64,000 nucleotides of DNA, from the NCBI GenBank assembly GCA_019057385.1, contig JAHQJS010000006.1:64001-128000 (forward strand), in the 5' to 3' direction. Below, piece after piece: positions 19,551 to 29,268 of this stretch. The notes beneath the pieces are model-generated. The model saw nothing but the letters and a program-made list of their open reading frames with translations. It was not told where the DNA came from and searched no databases. The position numbers and the translations under genes are program-made. The stretch comes from Candidatus Borrarchaeum weybense (lineage in GTDB: Archaea > Asgardarchaeota > Sifarchaeia > Borrarchaeales > Borrarchaeaceae). Positions within the stretch are counted from its first letter, which is position 1. Every line of letters begins with the position of its first letter.

Positions 19551-19927
19551 CTAGGGTATATAACAGTTAACATATTTATAGGCATATATCGTTTTATAGA
19601 CACTTCTTTCAGAGCGGGAGGTTGATGAGAGCGCACCTGTTACGCGCTAACAGCAACGTTGTCCTTTTATACTGCCTCCCCTATAGTAGTGTGCCATTAA
19701 CTCACTGCCCTCACACTCCATCTTACCATCGGGATGTCTGCCGCCTTTGACCTCACTAACGCTAGCGTATCCATTAAAACTCCCACAGGATATATCCTTA
19801 CGCCGTCAACTGGATATGCTCCGCGATCTTGTGATGCAGGCCGCTCAACCGTTCTAGCGGGGACTCCACTCCACTGCTGACGAGTGGATAGCCAATCGGT
19901 AAGAGATGTCTATTATGAAAGGAACGG
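19551..19927. mobile_element. Unclassified GC-rich non-coding element with sub-terminal inverted repeats
   Basis: ATAGACACTTCTT (19596-19608) and AAGAGATGTCTAT (19901-19913) form an 11/13 inverted repeat. The interior is hairpin-rich and both ends recur at 7921-7987. Confidence 0.6.
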
Positions 19928-19952
19928 TTTCTTTGTTACGAAGTTAATTTCA

Positions 19953-21155
19953 TTATTTAAGCTTTCTAATCAGTTTAAACATTCGATAAATAAGCTTACG
20001 AAAATGCTCATAATAATAACAAAGGTAATATACATGAGAAATTGGTCCAAAGTTCCAATCATAATAATAGCCTAATCGTTTTGCTGCAGGATATAATATC
20101 CCCGATATCAATCTTTGTTCAAAAGAGTCTAATTCAGTGCGCCATCTATTGCTTAAAGCCATTAAAATTTTCCCTTGAATTTGTCTCTCCTCAAACATTG
20201 TGTTTGACTTAGCAGGCAGGCTATTGACAGTTGGATGTAATAAAATTTCATCCATTGAGATCTCTAGAAAACGGGCGATGTTCTTCATTTGAGTCACTGG
20301 ATTTGTTACTAAATCTTCATAACGTAATATATGATATTTCTCTTTTCCAAAGCGTTCTTGATTCTGGAAACCTGCTTCAATAGAGTTTTGAATCATTTTT
20401 ACATAGTTTAAGGCGTTCCAGTTCCACTTACGTAGTTTACAAAGTCGTTTTAATGATGCTATATTAGGGCGAGGATCTCGTATTATATGAATGAAGTGTG
20501 CAGCTGGAAACAAATTCTTGATTTGGTCAGTCTTCATCTCATTCCCAGGGGTTTTTTCAACCCATAACTTAGGATTGGCTGGACGCTTAGGATTAGCGCA
20601 GTAAAACGCTAAAACAACGGCAAGGAAAGAGGCACGGTCGGAAAGCGGCAAATATTCAAGCCAATAATCTAGATAATAAAGAAAGTTCAAATATGGTATA
20701 TTGTGCTCTCCCAAAATCCAGAAAGGTTTCTGTCCTGTTGGATTAATAAGACGAGAGGTCCAATATGTATCCCAACCTTCCAAACGTTTAGACAATGGCA
20801 AATTATAGTGTTTATTTATCAAGTTTATCATATGAGAATCGCCAGGCATGACAATAAGTTCGGGATGACCGTCTAAAAGCTCTAAAAGTAATGATGTTCC
20901 GCTTTTCATACAGCCACAGATGAACACGCATTTATCGGTTATCTCTTTCACAGATTCTGTAAGTTTGTTATTAATATCCAAATTTCTTTCTTTGATACTC
21001 TTGAGAGTGTTTGTATAGGCTGTGAGGATCTCGCGTGTTGCTATTGTATTTTTGAGATCACGCTTTGGAAATAATCTATCTCTCTGTTCAAATATTTGAT
21101 TTAAAGCAAGTCGGAAATCACCAAGTTTGTGATAGACACTATTATTGTCTGACAT
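19953..21155 (-). CDS. Sulfotransferase
   Basis: 5'-PSB GCMKSGTSLL, WVEKTP, 3'-PB IIRDPRPNIAS, LRYEDLV. Confidence 0.9.
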   Translation of the reverse strand: MSDNNSVYHKLGDFRLALNQIFEQRDRLFPKRDLKNTIATREILTAYTNTLKSIKERNLDINNKLTESVKEITDKCVFICGCMKSGTSLLLELLDGHPELIVMPGDSHMINLINKHYNLPLSKRLEGWDTYWTSRLINPTGQKPFWILGEHNIPYLNFLYYLDYWLEYLPLSDRASFLAVVLAFYCANPKRPANPKLWVEKTPGNEMKTDQIKNLFPAAHFIHIIRDPRPNIASLKRLCKLRKWNWNALNYVKMIQNSIEAGFQNQERFGKEKYHILRYEDLVTNPVTQMKNIARFLEISMDEILLHPTVNSLPAKSNTMFEERQIQGKILMALSNRWRTELDSFEQRLISGILYPAAKRLGYYYDWNFGPISHVYYLCYYYEHFRKLIYRMFKLIRKLK

Positions 21156-21568
21156 TATGCAATTGACATCCCAGATTTCTTAATCTTCTAAAGCAATAAT
21201 TTTCCATTTTTGAACTCATTAAGTTTTGTGTTAATGAAAAGTATCCTTGAAAGTCTTTTCCCTTACGAGTAGCTCACTTTGAACAGGTAGAATAACCTTC
21301 AAGCCACCCTTTTTTCGCGTTGTTTCAAGTTTCTTTTTAAGTTGTTTGTATTTCAAAAGCATTCTAGAGTAATTGATTAACGCTTTCTTGCTTTCCCAGT
21401 TTAAAGAAATATATTTCGATCCAATTTTAGCAACATTCTCAATAAATCTGAAGGATTTTTCTCTAGCAAGATCCATCCCTTAATATCAAATGAAATAATG
21501 AGGAATTCTTATCACCGACAATTCGCTTGGAAGAAAATAAAGGTTTTATTAAAAAAGATTTAGGAGTT

Positions 21569-22699
21569 TCATAGGACAAGGACCTCTTTTATAACTTCTA
21601 GTTCCAGTTGTACTATTTTGTCTAACGCAAATTTTTTCAAAATATAATTTCGAGCATTTTTGCCAAGTTTAGACTGAAGGGACTCATCAGACAGAAGTGA
21701 TTCTATCGCCTCTGCAATACTCTTAAAATCAGTGTTGCACAAATATCCTGTGCCTAAATGTTCAATATCTTCTCTTATTCCTGTAACATCAGTTCCGATA
21801 CATGGTATACCACAACTCATGGCTTCAAGCAATGTCTTAGGATGACCCTCATAGTAAGAAGGAAGAATGAAAATTCGAGCTTGATTAATAATTAGGGGTA
21901 ACTTGAAATTTGGTACAGTGCCCTTTAATGTGACATTTAATGCGTATTTATCTATCAATTGCTTGACCTTACTGTTATAGCAGCATCTTCCCACCATTAG
22001 TAATGAAATTTTGCGCTTTTCTGTTTTAAGAAAGTGAATCGCCTTTAACAAATTAGCAATATTCTTTTCTTGACTGCCTCTGCCAATAAAAACGAGATCA
22101 TATTTCTTTTTGCCTCTAAATGGCTTGAAAACATTAGTTTCAACATAGTTAGGGATGACTTTTATTTTCGTTGAATCAAGCTTATAATGCTTGATAACTA
22201 TATCACGTTGCCAAGCAGAAGTAACGATTCCCATATCTGCTAAAGTGAATGCGCTTTTTTCTAATTGAATGGCAGCCCTGATGATTTTTTCAGCCTTGTA
22301 TTTTTTTGTTATATTTCTGCTTAGTAAGTATCCACATCGCACAATTAGTTTTTTCCCAAATTTCTTCTTAAACCATAACGGGATCTCAGACCCTCGAATC
22401 TGATTCGTCTTTAAGATGTCTGAATGCTTGATCTGGGAAAAATGTCTCAGCAATAATTGTAGAATGGGTGTTGCTTTGGTATACCACATAATTGGTAAAA
22501 GATTAATATGTTCTCTGAGTTTCCTCGAATAAACTATATCTTTGTAGCCTCCATATGTTACCATATTGACTTTTCTTAAGTACATTGACAGTTTCTTATA
22601 AAGAGCAAGTTCCCGGTCAATAATACCAACATCAGCCCACATTTTCAGGCTCATTCGTTTAGTGAAAAATAACGTTAATATGGTGTCTGCGAGTTCCAT
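21569..22699 (-). CDS. GT4 glycosyltransferase (third paralog of 44872-46005 and 10734-11045)
   Basis: VIPNYV, FIGR, EGHPKTLLEAMSCG. Confidence 0.92.
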   Translation of the reverse strand: MELADTILTLFFTKRMSLKMWADVGIIDRELALYKKLSMYLRKVNMVTYGGYKDIVYSRKLREHINLLPIMWYTKATPILQLLLRHFSQIKHSDILKTNQIRGSEIPLWFKKKFGKKLIVRCGYLLSRNITKKYKAEKIIRAAIQLEKSAFTLADMGIVTSAWQRDIVIKHYKLDSTKIKVIPNYVETNVFKPFRGKKKYDLVFIGRGSQEKNIANLLKAIHFLKTEKRKISLLMVGRCCYNSKVKQLIDKYALNVTLKGTVPNFKLPLIINQARIFILPSYYEGHPKTLLEAMSCGIPCIGTDVTGIREDIEHLGTGYLCNTDFKSIAEAIESLLSDESLQSKLGKNARNYILKKFALDKIVQLELEVIKEVLVL

Positions 22700-22716
22700 A
22701 AATAATTAGCACCTAC

Positions 22717-23859
22717 TTAATCATCAAGTAAAGAATAAAGAATCGCCGAAAGTCTTTTCCCTATTTTAGACCAATTAAAATAATCCTCAATTCGTTTTCT
22801 TGCATTTGTTCCAAGTCTTTTTTTGAGTGATTCATCTTCTAAAAGAATTTCAAAATAATTAATTAGTTTTTTTTTCTCATAAGGGTCAAAAAGAAGACCC
22901 GTTTCATTGTTTAAAATAATTTCAGGGATACCTCCAATTTTACTTGCGATAATAGGCTTACCACAAGCTGATGCTTCTAAAAGGACGGTTGGTAAAGAAT
23001 CGTGAAAAGTAGGATAAAATATAATGTCTGCAGCAGCGTATGCATATTCAACGCCCTTTAAAAATCCGGTCATAATAATACGTGAAGATAATTTGTATCT
23101 TTTTATTATTTCTTTAAAATAATTACGGTATCGTCCTTTTCCTACAATCACGAAAGAAACATCTCGATGTTTCTCCAGCATTTTTTTAATAGTTGGAAGG
23201 TGATAGGCTATCCCGCGTACTTTTTCTGGAAAATCAAAACCTAAGACACAAACAATTAACTTTTGGCTTTCTAAATTATATTTTTGTCTAAAAACTGCAC
23301 CATCTACAGTTAAATTAAATCGGGAGTTGTTCACGCCATTAAAAACGGTAAAATTTTTTTTTGGGGCAGGGATATAGCCTAAAGTAACTTTTCTCAGGTA
23401 ATTACAAACGGGAAGGATTATATTAGACATCTTAAGGCAGAAATTACCCAACGAATTAATCATCAGGCTTCGCGTAAAATTCATAAAGGTTTTTTGCTCT
23501 GACCTACGTTGTTTTACCTCATCCCAAAAATTTCCTCTTAAGCGAATGCAAAATGGAATAGATCTAGTAATTTTAGAAATTAAGGGATAGATATTAACAA
23601 GAGAAACTGTATCACTCATAATAAGATCTGGAGAATACTCCTGGATTTTGTTGTATATTTTTACAAGACCATATTTTTTCCCGATCACAGGTGCATTCCA
23701 TCTTCCAGAGAATCCAATAATGCGTTTTACATCTATTATTTCACAAGAAATATCATGCTCTTGAATTGCAAGAGCAGTTTCTTGTGCACGTACCACTCTT
23801 TCAGCAAGATACGCTATTTTCAATTTCTTACATCTCAGAAAAATACCGTTTTTAATCAA
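22717..23859 (-). CDS. GT4 glycosyltransferase
   Basis: VFNGV, DSLPTVLLEASACGKPIIASKIGGIPE. Confidence 0.9.
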   Translation of the reverse strand: MIKNGIFLRCKKLKIAYLAERVVRAQETALAIQEHDISCEIIDVKRIIGFSGRWNAPVIGKKYGLVKIYNKIQEYSPDLIMSDTVSLVNIYPLISKITRSIPFCIRLRGNFWDEVKQRRSEQKTFMNFTRSLMINSLGNFCLKMSNIILPVCNYLRKVTLGYIPAPKKNFTVFNGVNNSRFNLTVDGAVFRQKYNLESQKLIVCVLGFDFPEKVRGIAYHLPTIKKMLEKHRDVSFVIVGKGRYRNYFKEIIKRYKLSSRIIMTGFLKGVEYAYAAADIIFYPTFHDSLPTVLLEASACGKPIIASKIGGIPEIILNNETGLLFDPYEKKKLINYFEILLEDESLKKRLGTNARKRIEDYFNWSKIGKRLSAILYSLLDD

Positions 23860-24389
23860 ATCTAGGCTTAAGATTATTCCTGAATATTTTTTTCAATAAT
23901 TCTTTCGCCCAATTTCGCTTTTTACATCCGTTCTAATTTCACGCATTGCATATTGAATTTACATTTTAAATTATTTGTTTTCCTTAGAAAGCTTAGAAAT
24001 TACGTAAATATTATGATCTCTTTTAAGAAATCCCAAAATAGCAGAAACCATGTTTACTTATGAAAAGACCAAATGTTCATTCCAGTTTCTGTCACTTTAA
24101 TAATTTTACTTAACGCTTGTAAGAATAATTCTTTTAAAATTTAGAAAATTACATAATTGACTAAGTAAAATCTTATAAAGACCTCAATATAATACGAAAG
24201 TTGTATAAGACGCAATCTCAGCGAATCTGAAGTTCAGGAAGGAGAAAATTGTATTGCGCGTAAGAACTAAGAACTTAGATTGGATTATGGGATTTGCATT
24301 ATTGTCTGATAGCAGCGTAGTAGTAATTTATGTAAATTATTAACGTTTCAAAAAAAAAAGCTTGGTTGAACTTTAGGGAGAAGGTCATT

Positions 24390-25256
24390 ATGAAAAGTGG
24401 AATGCCTATATTCATTGTAGGTGTTGGGCGAAGTGGTTCAACAGTTTTCCATAGGATGTTTTCCGAACATCCCAACGTTGCTTGGCTATCCTTATTATGC
24501 GACATATGTCCAGGTAAACCATCAATAAATAGACTTCTTATGAAATCAATTGCTTATCCGATAATTGGAAGATGCCTAAGACAACTTAATCGAGGGGAGC
24601 ATTATAAATTCTGGAATTATTATTTTAAAGGCTTTGGTACTCCTTGCAGAGATCTTTCACCTGAAGATGTGACAAAAAAGACAAAAGAGCAAATTAAAGA
24701 AGTAGTATCAAAAATGTTGACTAAGAAAAGAAATAAGTTTTTAGCCAAGATTACTGGTTGGCCTAGAATTGGTTTTTTACATGAAATATTCAAGGATGCA
24801 AAGTTTATTCATATATTGAGAGATGGACGGGCGGTAGCAAACTCATTGATCAATGAAGATTGGTGGTTGGGCTGGAAAGGTCCCCAGAATTGGAGATGGG
24901 GCGAACTCACGCCATCTCATAAGGAAGAGTGGGAAAAGTATAACAAATCTTTCATTGCGCTTGCGTGCATCGAGTGGAAAATTTTAGTGGGTGCCATTGA
25001 AGAGGCAAAAAGATACATAGAACACACTGATTTCTTTGAGATCAAATATGAGAATCTTTGTGCTGCCCCTCTAAGTGTATTTAAAGATGTTGTAGAATTT
25101 TGTGAACTTAAATGGACAAAGAAATTTGAGAATTCAATAAAGAAGCATAAATTGAAAAATACAAACTATAAATGGCAAAAAGAATTTAGCGACATCCAGA
25201 AAAATATTGCTGAAAATATTCTTCGCGATTATTTAAATAGATATGAGTATTTATGA
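24390..25256 (+). CDS. Sulfotransferase
   Basis: PIFIVGVGRSGSTVF, HILRDGRAVANS, IKYENL. The ATG at 24390, after GGAGAAGGT, is preferred over the TTG at 24366. Confidence 0.9.
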   Translation: MKSGMPIFIVGVGRSGSTVFHRMFSEHPNVAWLSLLCDICPGKPSINRLLMKSIAYPIIGRCLRQLNRGEHYKFWNYYFKGFGTPCRDLSPEDVTKKTKEQIKEVVSKMLTKKRNKFLAKITGWPRIGFLHEIFKDAKFIHILRDGRAVANSLINEDWWLGWKGPQNWRWGELTPSHKEEWEKYNKSFIALACIEWKILVGAIEEAKRYIEHTDFFEIKYENLCAAPLSVFKDVVEFCELKWTKKFENSIKKHKLKNTNYKWQKEFSDIQKNIAENILRDYLNRYEYL

Positions 25257-25346
25257 TTTTATTATAGACGCCATCATGGAATAGACGTATTTTTATGGAT
25301 TGTTAAATCATTTAATGTCTTAAAAGCCCTGAGTTGAGCTAAAGAC

Positions 25347-26684
25347 ATGTATAGATTTATGGTTATTGCGGGCACAAGGCCGGAATTCATTAAGTTAGCG
25401 CCAGTAATTAAAGCTATTTTAGAATTCAAAGATATTGAACTTATTTTCGTGCACAGTGAACAGCATTATGATATTGAATTATCCGATGTTTTTCTTAAAG
25501 AATTAAACTTGCCCTCCCCGCATGAATTTCTCAATGTCGGATCAGGCACTCATGGAGAGCAAACCTCTAGACTATTGATAGAATGTGAACGGGTAATGAG
25601 GTCTTATGCGCCTGATTTAATTTTTGTTGAAGGTGATACTAACACGGTTCTTGGTGCAGGATTGGCTGCCATCAAGTTGAATCTTCCGTTAGCTCATGTG
25701 GAGGCTGGCTTACGAAGTTACGATAGAATGATGCCAGAGGAAATCAATCGAAAGGTAGTAGGTTTATGTGCAGCGATTCACTTTGCGCCTACGAAACGTG
25801 CTGCCTTGAATTTAATATATGAGGGGATCCCACCTAAAAAAATACATGTCACTGGGAATACTGTAGTTGATGCGTGTCTTTTCTTTTCAAAAACTGCAAA
25901 ACAAAAATCAACTATATTAAGTGATCTTGGCATTCAAAAAGACAAGAAACTGGTTGTTGTAACTGCTCATAGACCTGAGAATGTAGATAATGAACGCAAT
26001 TTAAGGGAAATTACTGAAGGAATCGTGGAACTTGGAAATGATGGCCACCAAATTGTTTTTTCAGTTCATCCAAGAACCAAAAAAATGTTGGAAAAAATGC
26101 GATTTAAATACGCTTCCGTTGACTCCTTTTTCCTTAGTGAGCCTTTAGGATATTTAGATTTCCTAAGACTATTGCTTGAGGCGGATTTAGTTATTACAGA
26201 CTCAGGTGGTATACAAGAAGAGGCCTTAACTCTTAAATGTCCGTGTTTAACCATCAGAAGAAATACTGAGCGTCCAGAAACAGTTGAAGTTGGTGCAAAC
26301 ATTTTAATTGGTGCAAATAAAAATCTTTTAGTCAAATATGCCAGAAAAATTCTCTTAGATCAGAATTTTTCGTCAAAAATGCGACCTTCCTTTAATCCCT
26401 TCGGCGATGGGCGTGCTGGAGAGAGGATTGTTAAAATATCAAGGGATCATTGTAGTGAAGGTATTCAAATTGATTCCCCAACATTTTTGGAGCGTCCTCC
26501 AATGATATTTAAACTCCTCAAAGTATCAGAATCATTGGAAGGTCTAACAATAGCGGCATTAAAGAAGAAATTTCCAGAGATTGAAGTCACTCTCGTATAT
26601 GATCTGGAAGGCAAGCCACTATTTCCTCAAAATGATCTGACCCTTCGTAAAGATTGGAGCATTAGAATTATCGAGTCATATTAG
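25347..26684 (+). CDS. wecB: UDP-N-acetylglucosamine 2-epimerase (non-hydrolysing) with C-terminal extension
   Basis: GTRPEFIK, EGDTNT, HVEAGLRS, PEEINR, TDSGGIQEEA, TERPE, NPFGDG. Confidence 0.93.
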   Translation: MYRFMVIAGTRPEFIKLAPVIKAILEFKDIELIFVHSEQHYDIELSDVFLKELNLPSPHEFLNVGSGTHGEQTSRLLIECERVMRSYAPDLIFVEGDTNTVLGAGLAAIKLNLPLAHVEAGLRSYDRMMPEEINRKVVGLCAAIHFAPTKRAALNLIYEGIPPKKIHVTGNTVVDACLFFSKTAKQKSTILSDLGIQKDKKLVVVTAHRPENVDNERNLREITEGIVELGNDGHQIVFSVHPRTKKMLEKMRFKYASVDSFFLSEPLGYLDFLRLLLEADLVITDSGGIQEEALTLKCPCLTIRRNTERPETVEVGANILIGANKNLLVKYARKILLDQNFSSKMRPSFNPFGDGRAGERIVKISRDHCSEGIQIDSPTFLERPPMIFKLLKVSESLEGLTIAALKKKFPEIEVTLVYDLEGKPLFPQNDLTLRKDWSIRIIESY

Positions 26685-26730
26685 TGCCCATTTATTTCTT
26701 TTTAATACAAACCAAGTGTAAGTTGTCAAA

Positions 26731-26781
26731 GTGACATCCTCCCCATCCTTTCGGAAGGGGACTTCCAGCCGATAAAGTTAA
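26731..26781 (-). mobile_element. Minimal IS200/IS605 scar (left-end/right-end hybrid, single hairpin)
   Basis: Minus strand reads TTAACTTTATCGGCTGGAAGTCCCCTTCC-GAAA-GGATGGGGAGGATGTCAC: an LE-like start, one hairpin and an RE-like GGAGGATGTCAC end. Confidence 0.65.
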
Positions 26782-26809
26782 AACGTTGAAAATTAGAGAG
26801 TTTTTCACA

Positions 26810-27502
26810 TTATCTAAATAGATTCTTTAACAACGTATAAAGTATATTAAACCCATCAATTAACCGATTAACCTTCGATTTGCCATATTTCCTCTTATAT
26901 TCAGTCTTTGGAATTTCAATTACTCTATATTTCTTCTTTAGCGCTTTAGCCAAAAGTTCAATTGTAAGCGCCATTTTTTCTTCTCTTAGCGTTTTTATTT
27001 CATGCAATATTTCTCTTTTGAATGCCCTAAATCCGCTTTGTGAGTTTAATATTCTTTTTCTGTAGCGAATTCGTAAAAGAAGAAAAGTTAACATCTCTCC
27101 AATTTTCGTTAGGAAAGGAATTCTATAATTATATTCTCCGAGATACCGAGAACCAATAACAAAATCTGCTTCATTTTCTAGTATTGGATTTATTAGATTT
27201 GGAATTTCAGCTGCCCTATTTTGATTATCGGCATCAATTGTTACGATAATATTACCTAATGCTGCTTCAAAACCTGTTAATAGTGCTGCACCATAACCTC
27301 GATTTAATATGTGTTTTATGACTACGGCATTCAATTTTTTGGCAATTTCATAAGTATCGTCTTCAGAACCATCATCAACAACAATTATCTCAGACTTATC
27401 TAAAAGATCTTTAGGAATATTTAAAATAACATTAGGTATTGAGATCGCTTCATTATAGGCAGGGATAACAATTGAAAGGAAAGGATTATTAGAGTTCATC
27501 AA
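26810..27502 (-). CDS. GT2 dolichol-phosphate glycosyltransferase (DPM1-like)
   Basis: IPAYNE, VVDDGSEDDT, NRGYGAA, DADNQ, VIGSRY, SQSGFRAF. Confidence 0.9.
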   Translation of the reverse strand: MMNSNNPFLSIVIPAYNEAISIPNVILNIPKDLLDKSEIIVVDDGSEDDTYEIAKKLNAVVIKHILNRGYGAALLTGFEAALGNIIVTIDADNQNRAAEIPNLINPILENEADFVIGSRYLGEYNYRIPFLTKIGEMLTFLLLRIRYRKRILNSQSGFRAFKREILHEIKTLREEKMALTIELLAKALKKKYRVIEIPKTEYKRKYGKSKVNRLIDGFNILYTLLKNLFR

Positions 27503-27621
27503 CTATTGATTTGTCTTGCAAAATAAAAGTCTTCTTAATGTGAAATATATAACTTTAAACTAATTCTTGGCTATCAAGAGATTGTTCATAAATAAATAAT
27601 TGAAATTGGAAGTCTAAGAAA

Positions 27622-27999
27622 ATGATATTTCCTTATCAAATTGTGATTCTAGTTTTAGTTTCAATATTCATAGGATACACACTCTTAAACTATAAAAGAG
27701 GAGAGATTTCATTTCTCGCAATGATACTATGGCTCTTGATTTGGACCTTTATGATTTATACGACCTTTTCCTTTAGATTAATAGGTTATATCGGACAAAT
27801 TTTTTCAGCTCAAGCAGGACTGAATATAATTGTCGCGTTTTCGACAATATCCCTGTTTTTTGTTTGTTATGTACTTTTCATTCAAATATCAAAAATTAGA
27901 AAAGAAATTACACAAATAGTGAGATATATTGGATTAAAGGAAGCAAAAAGACTCAAGCCCGAATCACAGATTAAGAAAAAGAGTCCCCAAAAGATGTAA
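27622..27999 (+). CDS. DUF2304-like small membrane protein
   Basis: Three TM helices, WLLIW, and a C-terminal KEITQIVRYIGL coiled segment; adjacent to a DPM1-like GT2. Confidence 0.7.
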   Translation: MIFPYQIVILVLVSIFIGYTLLNYKRGEISFLAMILWLLIWTFMIYTTFSFRLIGYIGQIFSAQAGLNIIVAFSTISLFFVCYVLFIQISKIRKEITQIVRYIGLKEAKRLKPESQIKKKSPQKM

Positions 28000-28083
28000 T
28001 AAATAAAAAGAAATAATTTCAATACTTTAAGTCTTCTATTAAAAATGATCAATTAATAAAACACTTTGAATGGCAGTTTGAAA

Positions 28084-29268
28084 ATGTCACTGCAAAACAT
28101 AAATCTTCTGTATTTTACTCCATGTGAACTACATGAAGGAGTCGGAGGGAGCGCAAGGTTAGAAAATATGGTATCTATTTTTCAGCAATTAGGAGTGAAC
28201 ATACAACTAGTGTCCTATATACCAAGAGATGAATTTAGGATTAAATATGAGAACATTAATCGTTTTCTAAACGTAACAAAGATTTATGTTTCAAAATTAG
28301 CCCCCAAATTTATCAAAGCGTTGGCAATTCCGCTGATTCTGCTGTTTGGTTTAAAGTATGCTAAAAAAAGCGATATTTTATTTGCCCATGCACCCGGTAT
28401 AATGACCGGTTTTCCCGCAATGATCCTTGCTAAAATATTTAATAAACCATTGATTGTTGATCATATGGATGTTAATGATCCTGATACGCCTGAATTTATT
28501 TTTAATAAAGTTTTACAAAACTCAACAGTTGTTTTTGTAATAAGCCATTATTTAGAAGGGGAAGTCAAAAGCAAGTTTGGAAAAACTGTGATATATATCC
28601 CAATATTCATAGATCCTGAAGTTTTTCAAATAAATCCTCTTGAGGGGAAAAAGGTAAGAGAAGGTTTGGGGATAAGGGATAATGACGTTCTAATTGGATA
28701 TGCGGGATCCTTCTGGTATGTTGAAGGTGTGCCATTTCTCTTGAAAGCGTGTAAGAATTTGATTGATAAACATAAGAATATTAGACTAATTATGATTGGT
28801 AGAATGAATGTGGGTTCAGACAACATACCAATGCTTCTAGATAAACTATCACTAAGAGAAAAGGCGAATCACATTTCCCATCAACCTCGCAAACTTATTC
28901 CAAACTATCTTTCAGCATGTGATATTCTCTGCTCACCAAAGATCGATTGTGAAATTAATAGAGCCGCAAATCCTGTGAAGGTCATTGAATATTTATCTAT
29001 GGGTCTGCCTGTAGTTTGTTCCGCCGTAGGTGGAATAATTGGCGCTGTAAAAAATGGAATTAATGGCCTTCTTGTAAAACCGGGCAATGTAAAGGATCTG
29101 GAGGAAAAATTGGAATGGATTATACTAAATCCCGAACAGGCGAAAGAAATGGGAAAGAATGGAAGAAAAACTGTAATAGAGAACTATAGTTATAATGCGA
29201 TCAAAAATAAGATTAAGCGTGTGATTATCAAAATAAGAGAAATGAAGAAAGGAAATCAAATAATATGA
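28084..29268 (+). CDS. GT4 glycosyltransferase
   Basis: GYAGSF, NPVKVIEYLSMGLPVV, NGLLVKPGN. ATG 28084 is preferred as the start. Confidence 0.9.
   Translation: MSLQNINLLYFTPCELHEGVGGSARLENMVSIFQQLGVNIQLVSYIPRDEFRIKYENINRFLNVTKIYVSKLAPKFIKALAIPLILLFGLKYAKKSDILFAHAPGIMTGFPAMILAKIFNKPLIVDHMDVNDPDTPEFIFNKVLQNSTVVFVISHYLEGEVKSKFGKTVIYIPIFIDPEVFQINPLEGKKVREGLGIRDNDVLIGYAGSFWYVEGVPFLLKACKNLIDKHKNIRLIMIGRMNVGSDNIPMLLDKLSLREKANHISHQPRKLIPNYLSACDILCSPKIDCEINRAANPVKVIEYLSMGLPVVCSAVGGIIGAVKNGINGLLVKPGNVKDLEEKLEWIILNPEQAKEMGKNGRKTVIENYSYNAIKNKIKRVIIKIREMKKGNQII

Noticed and set aside
19596-19913. Possible SRP RNA, RNase P RNA, group II intron or IscB/HEARO RNA
   Set aside because: No SRP helix-8 motif, no GAGGAAAGTCC, no domain V and no GTCAACTACCCC-type end on either strand; resemblances are only weak.
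19884-20075. 63-aa + strand ORF
   Set aside because: It spans the element end and the antisense tail of the sulfotransferase, so it is spurious.
21231-21476. 81-aa Lys-rich ORF between the GT4 and the sulfotransferase
   Set aside because: No recognisable family. It may be a gene remnant, but no function can be supported.
22867-24359. T9 in the GT4 and A10 upstream of the sulfotransferase as phase-variable tracts
   Set aside because: A/T runs of this length are expected in such AT-rich DNA, and the reading frames are intact.
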